Both the position numbers and the translations under genes were made by a program. A DNA stretch of 64,000 nucleotides, from NCBI GenBank assembly GCA_964421935.1, contig CAYQZM010000207.1, forward strand, positions 5,567 through 69,566, read 5' to 3'. Shown here one piece after another: positions 15,222-22,703 of the stretch. Positions within the stretch are counted from its first letter, which is position 1. Each line of letters opens with the position of its first letter. This stretch comes from an uncultured Rhizobium sp. Its GTDB lineage: Bacteria > Pseudomonadota > Alphaproteobacteria > Micropepsales > Micropepsaceae. The notes under the pieces are model-generated. The model saw only the letters and a list, made by a program, of their open reading frames with translations. It had not been told where the DNA came from and did no database searches.

Positions 15222-15910
15222 GTGAATATTGCGACCTTCAACATAAACAATGTCAACAAGAGGCTCGCGAACCTGCTCGCTTGGCTCTCGTCCGAGAGTC
15301 CCGATGTGGTTTGCCTACAAGAGCTGAAGTCGGAGACCCGTAGCTTCCCCATAGCGGCCATCGAAGACGCCGGTTATCACGCCGTATGGCAGGGCCAGCG
15401 CACCTGGAACGGTGTGGCGATCCTGCCCAAAAGCAGCCAGTCCTGACGCGCCGGGCACTTCCTGGCAACAAGGATGACGATCAGGCCCGATACATAGAAG
15501 CCGCGGTCTCGGGCGTTATCATCGGGTGCATCTATTTGCCGAACGGCAATCCACAGCCTGGGCCGAAGTTCGACTACAAAATCTCTTGGTTTGATCGACT
15601 CATCAAGCACGCTCGGAGCCTAGACAAGGAGGGGCTGCCGATGGTTCTCGCCGGAGATTTCAACGTCGTGCCCGATTTATCCATCGACATTTATCCGACG
15701 CGGTCGTGGGATAAGGATGCACTGACCCAGCCGCAGCCCCGCGCCCGGTTCGCCCTTCTTCAACAAGAAGGCTGGCTCGACAGCCTGTGGGCCAAACATC
15801 CAGGTGAACGCCTGTACACATACTGGGACTACAAGAGGCAGCGTTGGGAAAGGAATGGGGGCCTGCGACTGGACCACCTCTTGCTCAACAAACCACTGCG
15901 CAAACGGTTG
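15222..15910 (+). pseudogene. xthA: Exodeoxyribonuclease III (Xth) remnant, frameshifted and lacking its C-terminus
   Basis: N-terminus MNIATFNINNVNKRLANLLAWL...VVCLQELK...WNGVAIL stops at 15446. The continuation KQPVLTRRALPGNKDDDQARYIEA...YLPNGNP...VLAGDFNVVP...RLYTYWDY...GLRLDHLLLN is in the -1 frame, with the shift at cccaaaag (15426-15433). No SDHAP-type C-terminal motif follows; the frame runs into the integrase ORF. Confidence 0.75.
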
Positions 15911-16051
15911 TCCGCGCCGCCCACAAAGCAGGGTCCCCTCCTACCAGCGTCGAATGCCACCCCGACGGCAGGATCGTTTTGTGCTTTGGTCAGCCCCCGG
16001 TCGATGCGGAGGACGTTCTCGACCGTGAGCTCATGGAGTGGAAGCACGGAA

Positions 16052-17086
16052 ATGCCAATGGTTAAAATCAAAGGGAGCCCCGTAAAGGTCCGGTCGAAAG
16101 GCCGCGACTATTGGTATGCATGGCGGAAGGGACCCCGGCTCTTGAGCGAGCCGGGGTCGCCCCAGTTCTTGCAGGAGCTCGCGGATGCCATAGCGGCCCG
16201 AAATTTGCCCGCCGGTCCCGATAAAATTGCTGTACTGGTGGCCCAGTACAAAGCGAGCTCAGATTTCCAGGACCTTTCCACCTCGACCAAGGACCTCTGG
16301 TCGCCCTGGCTGGACAAAATCAGGGATCACTTCGGGAAGCTCAGCCTCCGTCAATTCGACCGCATCACGATGAAACCGGAGATCAGGCGGTGGCACTCTT
16401 CTTATAAAGCGACACCCCGAGCCGCTGACACTGGACTGCAAGTGCTGTCCCGAGTGCTCAGCTTCGGTATCTCGGAGGGCAAACTGGCTACCAACCAGTG
16501 CGGGGAGATTGAATACCTGCACCGCTCAGACCGCGCGGACATCATATGGACGCCGGATGACCTCGCGATCCTGCTGCCCCATGCCTCGCCAGAAGTGTCC
16601 CAAGCCGTACGGCTCGCTGCGCTGACCGGCCTACGACGGGCCGATCTGTTTAAGCTGGCCTGGAGCCATGTTCACCTGGAGAGAGGCTACATCGAGCTCA
16701 AGACCAACAAGGGCCAAGGGAAGCGGACGGTGCTGATCCCGCTCTATGATGAACTGCGGACCCTTATCGAGAGCCTGCCCAAGAGGGCCGCGACGGTTCT
16801 CACGAGCTCGAAAAAGCGGCCCTGGACGGGGGACGGATTTGGGTCGTCCTGGTGGAAGACCCTGCAGGACGCTGGAATGGGCGGAACTGAACTCCGGTTT
16901 CACGACCTCAGGGGGACTGCGGCCACAAACTTCTTCCGGGCCAACTTTACCAACCGGGAGATCGCCGAGACCTTGGGCTGGGCCGAGGAGCGGGTCGAAC
17001 GCCTGATAGACCGCTACGTCAAGCGGGATGAAATCATACGGGACCGAATCCGCCGGATGGACACGACAAAGCGCCAGACAGCCTAG
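16052..17086 (+). CDS. Tyrosine recombinase / phage-type integrase
   Basis: C-terminal catalytic-domain pattern: LAALTGLRRADLFKL, ELRFHDLRGTAATNF, LIDRYV. Lies directly next to the 3' end of the tRNA-Gly gene. The ORF-track entry 15386..17086 fuses it to the xth remnant. Confidence 0.9.
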   Translation: MPMVKIKGSPVKVRSKGRDYWYAWRKGPRLLSEPGSPQFLQELADAIAARNLPAGPDKIAVLVAQYKASSDFQDLSTSTKDLWSPWLDKIRDHFGKLSLRQFDRITMKPEIRRWHSSYKATPRAADTGLQVLSRVLSFGISEGKLATNQCGEIEYLHRSDRADIIWTPDDLAILLPHASPEVSQAVRLAALTGLRRADLFKLAWSHVHLERGYIELKTNKGQGKRTVLIPLYDELRTLIESLPKRAATVLTSSKKRPWTGDGFGSSWWKTLQDAGMGGTELRFHDLRGTAATNFFRANFTNREIAETLGWAEERVERLIDRYVKRDEIIRDRIRRMDTTKRQTA

Positions 17087-17093
17087 CTGCCAC

Positions 17094-17125
17094 GAAGCCC
17101 GCCCGGCAAGGCGGGCTTCTTTGTT
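17094..17125 (+). terminator. Rho-independent terminator after the integrase
   Basis: gaagcccgcc-cggcaa-ggcgggcttc (perfect 10-bp stem) followed by tttgtt. Confidence 0.65.
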
Positions 17126-17200
17126 CCGGGTCAGAACGGCCAGAAGAACAAATTCTGCAAAACCGACTGCAAAACCGTTCTGGGGATTTCAGCTAAGTGC

Positions 17201-17274
17201 TGGAGCGGGTGAAGGGAATCGAACCCTCGTATGCAGCTTGGGAAGCTGCCGTTCTACCATTGAACTACACCCGC
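17201..17274 (-). tRNA. tRNA-Gly (anticodon CCC)
   Basis: The reverse complement is GCGGGTGTAGTTCAATGGTAGAACGGCAGCTTCCCAAGCTGCATACGAGGGTTCGATTCCCTTCACCCGCTCCA. It folds as a cloverleaf: 7-bp acceptor stem, D arm GTTC/GAAC, anticodon stem GCAGC/GCTGC with loop TTCCCAA, T-loop TTCGATT, and encoded CCA. Confidence 0.9.
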
Positions 17275-17356
17275 AGAGGCGCCTTTTGGCTCCTTTTTGG
17301 CTCAGTCTTGTACCAAGGGGCTGATTCGTGGGTCAATCGGCCATTGGAGGGGAAAG

Positions 17357-17605
17357 ATGGCTGAATATGACCGCCTGTTGGCCGAGGCCAAAGCGCTCGG
17401 TATCCCGACCAATTCCCAGGTCTACAAGCCGCGGTCTGACGCCTGGACCGAACTTCAGATCACGGAATGGGAGCTTCATCGCCGCATTAAAGAAGAAGAG
17501 CGACATCGGCGAGAGCATAAACTTTGGATCGTAGCCGTCATTTCCGCGGTCGTGTCTGTTCTTTCGGCTCTCGCTGCGTGGGCGGCAGTCTTTGCCCATC
17601 GATGA
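17357..17605 (+). CDS. Small membrane-anchored hypothetical protein (82 aa)
   Basis: ATG preceded by GGAGGGGAAAG. Charged N-terminal part, then a C-terminal TM segment LWIVAVISAVVSVLSALAAWAAVFA. Confidence 0.45.
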   Translation: MAEYDRLLAEAKALGIPTNSQVYKPRSDAWTELQITEWELHRRIKEEERHRREHKLWIVAVISAVVSVLSALAAWAAVFAHR

Positions 17606-17613
17606 ATAAACGC

Positions 17614-17775
17614 CTATTTCGGCTTGCTCGCTTTGTTCGACTTATTTATCGCCATCTTGTACAGCCCGGCGCTAGTGCGCTGGGTCGTTGATCCTCGGAC
17701 ATTAACTAATTTCGTCCCGTTCTTATTCACGATCTTTCGAGTGTGCTGCTTCGTATTCCAGATGCTCTTGCCCAT
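17614..17775 (-). CDS. Small lysine-rich hypothetical protein (53 aa)
   Basis: ATG 17775 preceded by GGAGGGGACCA. Sequence MGKSIWNTKQHTRKIVNKNGTKLVNVRGSTTQRTSAGLYKMAINKSNKASKPK. Lies in an AT-rich patch and competes with an overlapping plus-strand ORF. Confidence 0.3.
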   Translation of the reverse strand: MGKSIWNTKQHTRKIVNKNGTKLVNVRGSTTQRTSAGLYKMAINKSNKASKPK

Positions 17776-18129
17776 TGGTCCCCTCCAGTTTGCATGTGGC
17801 AAGTTCGCCGCGAGGGCTCTCTTTGTCAAAAGTTTTGTGGCGGAAAGGTCAACAATGCCGGCAATACTCTCTGAGTTTGAACTTAAGCAGCCCACCGAAC
17901 TTGGCCGCCTTTAAGCATTCCTGAAAGAGGAGATGCGGCCGCTCAGTGGGATACCCCTTAAACATCGTTGAGATGCGTGTGTCGGTCACCCGCGCCCGTG
18001 GCGCTTTATATCGTGATGCTCACCGGTTTGGGAAGCTGCGTTCGCCCAGCGCCTCGCTTGTGCTCGGCGCGTTCGGCCCTCAAATCGATCCACTGGATCG
18101 ATTTGACCGGCCTTACGACCGGTCGGGCC

Positions 18130-18462
18130 TCACCCCTCAAACTGGATATAGTCCTCGCGGACCGGACAGAAGACATCCAATATCCTGCAATCGGTAAGCG
18201 CCCGCCCCGAATGCACCGCATGGGGCGGAATGACACTGACCGACCCTGGCCGAAGCAGCTGCGCGACGCCGTCCACGACAATTTCGAACTCGCCCTCAAA
18301 CATGTGCGCGACCTGTTCATGGGGATGGGCGTGTTCGGGCAGGACCGTTCCGGCCGGGACTTCCCAATAGACGAAGGTCATGCTCGGCGATCTGATGAAT
18401 TTTCCGCGCCAGCCCGGAAAGGGCGACTTCACCGGCAGGTCATCGAGGTTTGTACTGGTCAT
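18130..18462 (-). CDS. Cupin domain protein
   Basis: Cupin motifs VLPEHAHPHEQVAHMFEGEFEIVVDG and PPHAVHSG. Start ATG 18462 (MTSTNLDD...). Confidence 0.75.
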   Translation of the reverse strand: MTSTNLDDLPVKSPFPGWRGKFIRSPSMTFVYWEVPAGTVLPEHAHPHEQVAHMFEGEFEIVVDGVAQLLRPGSVSVIPPHAVHSGRALTDCRILDVFCPVREDYIQFEG

Positions 18463-18578
18463 CGCGGTGCCGCCCTCTTGTTCAGCGAGCAATCCACTAC
18501 ACCCCGGCGGGAGCACGCGCGTCAACGAGCCCGCCCGAATATCCGGCAAACCGATATTTCCGGCAATCCGGCCTAAGC

Positions 18579-19481
18579 CTAGCGCAGCGAACAGGCCGCC
18601 CTTAGGCCGCTCACATCGTCGGCCGTGAGGACAAGTTTTTCCGTCTGGATCAGCGCCGCCATGATGGAAGACGCGTTGGCGTTATGCTTGACCCCCAAGG
18701 CGTGCCCCAGCTCGTGGGACAGAACGATCCGCAGCCCCACCTCATTGTGATACTGGTAGATTTCGATCCGCTGTTCGCCACCCTGTTTGACGTAGCGGCC
18801 CTCTTCAAACTTGGCATCGAATGAGCCCGACAAAGTGTTCGCTTCATCGCGGGCGCGCACCAAGAGGGCATTGTGGGCCCTGACCAGCTCGTTCATCTCG
18901 GCGGTCAGGTTGTTCAGCTCCTGCTTTTGCGCCTCCAATGCGTCAGCCTGCCTGCGCAAGGTCAGGCCCTCGCTCCCCAGACGCTGGTATTCGCCTTCCG
19001 GCGGCCCACCTTTCTGATTGAACTGCGTGACCGTCTTGTTGTGATCATCCAGAACCTGTCGGTAGGCAGCGGCCTGGGCCGAATAGGACTGGTCAAGCAG
19101 GCGGTACTTGGCCTGAAGGGGGAGCAGTTTGTCCTTGATCGCATCGATCTGCGCCAGTTTCTCCACGATGCTGGAGCGGACGGCGATCAGGCGCTGCGTC
19201 GTTTCCTGTCGGCTGTCATAGACAAGATTGATTTCCAGAGGGCCTTTTTCATCCCGGATGAAAAGTGGATGGCCGGCGGCAGCCTCCCAGATTTTACCCG
19301 CTTCCTCCACATCATGCCGCAATTCCTCGCGCGTAATGCCAAAGCGCGGATCCACTGTGCCTATCCGGTATTTGATCGGCGTCTGGCAGGCCGGCTCTGC
19401 GTCGGGGCGCGCGCCTGCGGACGAGATCGAGCCGGACAGGCCCAAACCCAACGCGACCGCCAGGACAAGCTTCGCCGCCAT
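18579..19481 (-). CDS. Secreted matrixin-like zinc metalloprotease with an internal coiled-coil insertion
   Basis: Signal peptide MAAKLVLAVALGLGLSGSISSAGA. Zinc motif HELGHALGVKH (HExxHxxGxxH). A ~130-aa heptad-like segment (QRLIAVRSSIVEKLAQIDAIKDKLLPLQAKYRLL...ALEAQKQELNNLTAEMNELVRAHNALLVRARDE) lies between the N-terminal sheet region and the catalytic helix. Confidence 0.8.
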   Translation of the reverse strand: MAAKLVLAVALGLGLSGSISSAGARPDAEPACQTPIKYRIGTVDPRFGITREELRHDVEEAGKIWEAAAGHPLFIRDEKGPLEINLVYDSRQETTQRLIAVRSSIVEKLAQIDAIKDKLLPLQAKYRLLDQSYSAQAAAYRQVLDDHNKTVTQFNQKGGPPEGEYQRLGSEGLTLRRQADALEAQKQELNNLTAEMNELVRAHNALLVRARDEANTLSGSFDAKFEEGRYVKQGGEQRIEIYQYHNEVGLRIVLSHELGHALGVKHNANASSIMAALIQTEKLVLTADDVSGLRAACSLR

Positions 19482-19636
19482 GTCTCTATTTAAGCCGCCC
19501 AATTGTTAGCGGGTTATTGTCGCGATCCACCATATTTGCGTGGGTGTCCCGGCCGCCCGGTCTGCCGTCCCTCTTCCGCACCGGTGGCTGGCGATCAACC
19601 TCCGGCAATTGCCAAAACCCCTGCCGGTTCCGGTGG

Positions 19637-21145
19637 TTACCAAGGTCCCTGCGCGCCAGGCGTCGCGGCGAGCTCATTGCTGACCTGCCGCTGCGGCTTG
19701 GCCGGCGGCCGCTTCAGCAGCTGTCCCTGGTCGTCGATCGGCTCGCCGCGATTGTCCATGCCCACGCCGTCGGGATAGTGCGGCCGGTCCAGGGTCTTGA
19801 GAAAGAAATCCTTGCTGGAAAGCTCGACAATGCTGTGCTCCATGCCCGGATAGGCCGCCTCGCCGGTCCCGGCCGGCACGGCCTGCGGCACCCGGCTGGC
19901 GGCGCCCTGGATCATATTGGCACGGATCGCCTCGAAGATTTTCTTGCGCTTGAGATCGCCGACCAGAACGGGAATGTCCATCGGCTTGTCTGGGTCCACA
20001 ACGAATGCCGAAGCCAGCCTCAGGCGGTACGCCGTGGAGATTCCGTCATATTTTCCCGTCTGGCTGTTGTACAGGCCATCGGCATTGCGCCGCAGGGCAT
20101 AGTAAAGCGCGACATGGTCTTCATGCTCGCGCACGCCCTGCTGGCCGCCATCCTGCGCGAACGTATTTTCCGCATAGAGATCGCGCCAGTTGCGATAGCC
20201 GCCGATCAGGCCGGTGGCGGTGAGCCCGTCGGGCGCGATCTTGAGCCGAAGCCTGCCCCGATGGAAATCGGCATCCCCCGTCTGGTCATAGAACCAAGCG
20301 ATGCGCGGGCTGTGCAGTTCCGCGACCTGCTCGCTTTCCACCACACCAGCTTTGATCCTGGCTTTCATCCTGGTGTACTGGGCCGATTTGACGATGCGAT
20401 AGGAATAATCCTGCGCTATGGCGCCCCGCGCATCGCGCACGATCTTGTCGGGTGAATAACCGACTTCTACCGTGGCATCATCGTCGTTCCGGGGGTCCTG
20501 ATTGCCCGAGACACGGACGACCATGGTGTAAAGGCCTTCCTGCATCTTGTCGTTGGCACGCAGGTCCAAGGTGGCGTTGCCGTTGCCACGCCAGGGCGCG
20601 TCACAGCCCCAGGCCCGGTAGAGTTTGTTGTCAATCCCCTTCTCGCCTTCCGGGCTGATGAAATCCGCCGGCTTGATCTTGCCGTCGAGATCGAAACCGT
20701 CACCGATAGCGCCGGTGACCTGGGGCTGCCCCGGATCCTCGGCGGCCCAGGGGTTCACATAGGTCTCGATGCCGCGACGATAGGCGCGATAGGCAAGAGC
20801 GCGCACCCAGATGCTGAAGCGTGTCTCCAGCGGCGATCTGACATTGTCCAGGCCGGGCGGCACCGCGACCCGGTCGGCTTCCTGGGGCAGCCGCCATGTC
20901 TGCCGCGCCACCGCTTTGCGCGTCTGGTCTGGATTGGCGAAATGCCGCGTGCTGCCATGCGGACAATCGACGCCGGGTTCGATCTCTCCGGCATGGGCAT
21001 AGTCCGCCCGTCCGCCGTAGCGGAAAGCATACTCATAAGCTCCAACGACAAAGCTGCGGACCCAGGGCGCGGCGCTGGCGGGCCCGGTTGCCGGCACCGC
21101 AACCAAAATGGTGGAAATCAGAAGACGCTTTCCCAGGACCATCAC
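19637..21145 (-). CDS. Secreted hypothetical protein (502 aa)
   Basis: N-terminal signal-like MMVLGKRLLISTILVAVPATGPASAAP. Long non-repetitive ORF co-oriented with its neighbours. No family recognised. Confidence 0.7.
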   Translation of the reverse strand: MMVLGKRLLISTILVAVPATGPASAAPWVRSFVVGAYEYAFRYGGRADYAHAGEIEPGVDCPHGSTRHFANPDQTRKAVARQTWRLPQEADRVAVPPGLDNVRSPLETRFSIWVRALAYRAYRRGIETYVNPWAAEDPGQPQVTGAIGDGFDLDGKIKPADFISPEGEKGIDNKLYRAWGCDAPWRGNGNATLDLRANDKMQEGLYTMVVRVSGNQDPRNDDDATVEVGYSPDKIVRDARGAIAQDYSYRIVKSAQYTRMKARIKAGVVESEQVAELHSPRIAWFYDQTGDADFHRGRLRLKIAPDGLTATGLIGGYRNWRDLYAENTFAQDGGQQGVREHEDHVALYYALRRNADGLYNSQTGKYDGISTAYRLRLASAFVVDPDKPMDIPVLVGDLKRKKIFEAIRANMIQGAASRVPQAVPAGTGEAAYPGMEHSIVELSSKDFFLKTLDRPHYPDGVGMDNRGEPIDDQGQLLKRPPAKPQRQVSNELAATPGAQGPW

Positions 21146-21279
21146 GATACCCCTGGTGTATGACGCAAAGAGCCTTTCGCGCGTCTATCCTATCACGTGT
21201 GCCAGGCCAGACGAGACGGGGGAAGCGGCCATGAGACCGCCTTTGCGCCATCTTTACGCGGAGACAGCGCACTTTCGCT

Positions 21280-22587
21280 TCAGCGTCTCGGCTGCCGCAC
21301 TGCAATAAAGGAGATCTGCTCACCCGTGGCTGTCTTCTGATCGAAGCTGTTCTGCAGACTGGTCCGCACCGGGAAGGCGCCTTTGAAAAAAGTGGCGTAG
21401 AGCTTCTGTACCTTGTCCAGGTCCTTGATATCGCGGACATAGACGACGGCCTGCACCACATCGGAAAAATCCATGTCCGCTTCCTGCAGGTCATCCAGAA
21501 GATTGCGCATGGTCTGGCGCAGCTGCAGTTCGACATCCTGGGTCACGATGCCCTGGTCTGGAATGAACCCGCTCTTGCCCGACATGTAATAAGTGTCGCG
21601 GTAGAGAATGCCCGGGCTGGCGGTGGGACTGGGCGGCATGTTCCTGGGCCGGATGGACTTGCGCTGGGAAAGATCGGCGCCGGCAATCGCGGTGAAGACA
21701 ATGTGCGCGCGCCCCGGTAACGCCGCCACTTCGATGGTGCCGCGCCCGGGCGTGTTGCCGAACTCGAAATAGCTCGCATAGACCTTGTTCATCGCCGTCA
21801 CCTGCGCCTGTTGCGGCTGGCCGTTATGGGCGATCACGCCGGAGGTGCCCTGCGGGCCGGATCCGGTCTCGGGGCTGGCCAGATAGGGATTGGTCCAGAG
21901 CACATTGGCCATGGTCATGTTGGCGGTCTTCAGGACGGCGCCGACATTCTCCAGGCTCTGCTTCACTTCATCGGAATAGTCGGCCGGCAGCTTTCCGGTC
22001 TTTGGATCGGCGCCGCTCTGGGCCGAAATGTAGAGGACATCATCGACCAGGATGCCGGCCGGATCGGTGCGCCGGCCATGCGGCCAGCCTGCTGGGGTGA
22101 TGACCTGGCGCCTGGCGCTGCTGACTGCGGCGATGGCGTTTATCTGAATCCTTTGCCCGCCGGGCAGGTTGGCGACCACCAGCACGGTGCGCGCCGGCGC
22201 ACTGGCACCGATGCTGTCCCAATAGGCATCGTTCATGACCGCGATGTCTTGGGGTCTGGTGACATAGACCTGCACCCAGACCAGATTGCCCATGTCCATG
22301 CCGGAGGCTTGCAGCACTTCACGCAGATGGCTGAGAGACTGCTTTACTTCCTGCGGAAAAGAAGTCGGCAGGCTGCCGTCGCCGTTGCGGCCATCCTGCG
22401 CGGCGACATAGAGCGTGTTGCCGGCCAGCACGCCGTCACTGGAGGCAGTGCCCGCCTGGCGCCCACTCACTTTTATGCCCTTGTAGGGGCCGCCTTGGGA
22501 CTGCGCCTGGGCCGCCCCTGCACAGCAGAGCGCAGCCAGCAGCACGACCAGGATCCTTGCAGCGCAGCCTGCTTTCGTGGAGCTCAT
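21280..22587 (-). CDS. Exported protein made of three tandem RidA/YjgF/L-PSP domains
   Basis: Signal peptide MSSTKAGCAARILVVLLAALCCAGAAQA. Three RidA-like modules: GNTLYVAAQDG...FPQEVKQSLSHLREVLQASGMDMGNLVWVQVYV, then DDVLYISAQSGADPKTGKLPADYSDEVKQSLENVGAVLKTANMTMANVLWTNPYL, then DTYYMSGKSGFIP...VELQLRQTMRNLLDDLQEADMDFSDVVQAVVYV. Confidence 0.85.
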   Translation of the reverse strand: MSSTKAGCAARILVVLLAALCCAGAAQAQSQGGPYKGIKVSGRQAGTASSDGVLAGNTLYVAAQDGRNGDGSLPTSFPQEVKQSLSHLREVLQASGMDMGNLVWVQVYVTRPQDIAVMNDAYWDSIGASAPARTVLVVANLPGGQRIQINAIAAVSSARRQVITPAGWPHGRRTDPAGILVDDVLYISAQSGADPKTGKLPADYSDEVKQSLENVGAVLKTANMTMANVLWTNPYLASPETGSGPQGTSGVIAHNGQPQQAQVTAMNKVYASYFEFGNTPGRGTIEVAALPGRAHIVFTAIAGADLSQRKSIRPRNMPPSPTASPGILYRDTYYMSGKSGFIPDQGIVTQDVELQLRQTMRNLLDDLQEADMDFSDVVQAVVYVRDIKDLDKVQKLYATFFKGAFPVRTSLQNSFDQKTATGEQISFIAVRQPRR

Positions 22588-22650
22588 CTCATCCCTCGGC
22601 TCTGAGCGGCGCGGCGAAGCATCGGCGGCGAGCACGCCCTTGTCCAGCCA

Positions 22651-22682
22651 AAGAAAAAGGGCTCCCGTTTGCGGGAGCCCCT
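22651..22682 (-). terminator. Rho-independent terminator after the TonB-dependent receptor gene
   Basis: Minus strand: gggctcccg-caaa-cgggagccc followed by tttttc. Confidence 0.6.
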
Positions 22683-22703
22683 TCTCTGCCCCTTGGGTGC
22701 GGC

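Noticed and set aside
15386-17086. 566-aa ORF suggesting one large protein
   Set aside because: It is an accidental in-frame fusion of the frameshifted xth remnant (to ~15910), ~140 nt of unrecognisable sequence, and the integrase, which starts at ATG 16052.
17028-17324. 98-aa ORF spanning the integrase terminator and the tRNA
   Set aside because: It reads straight through a terminator hairpin and the antisense of tRNA-Gly. It is spurious.
18082-18124. Two adjacent inverted repeats (aaatcgatcc-act-ggatcgattt and gaccgg-N8-ccggtc) just downstream of the cupin gene
   Set aside because: Probably a transcription terminator or attenuator for the minus-strand operon. The AT-rich stem and weak T-tract did not justify a feature call, and nothing suggests a mobile-element end.
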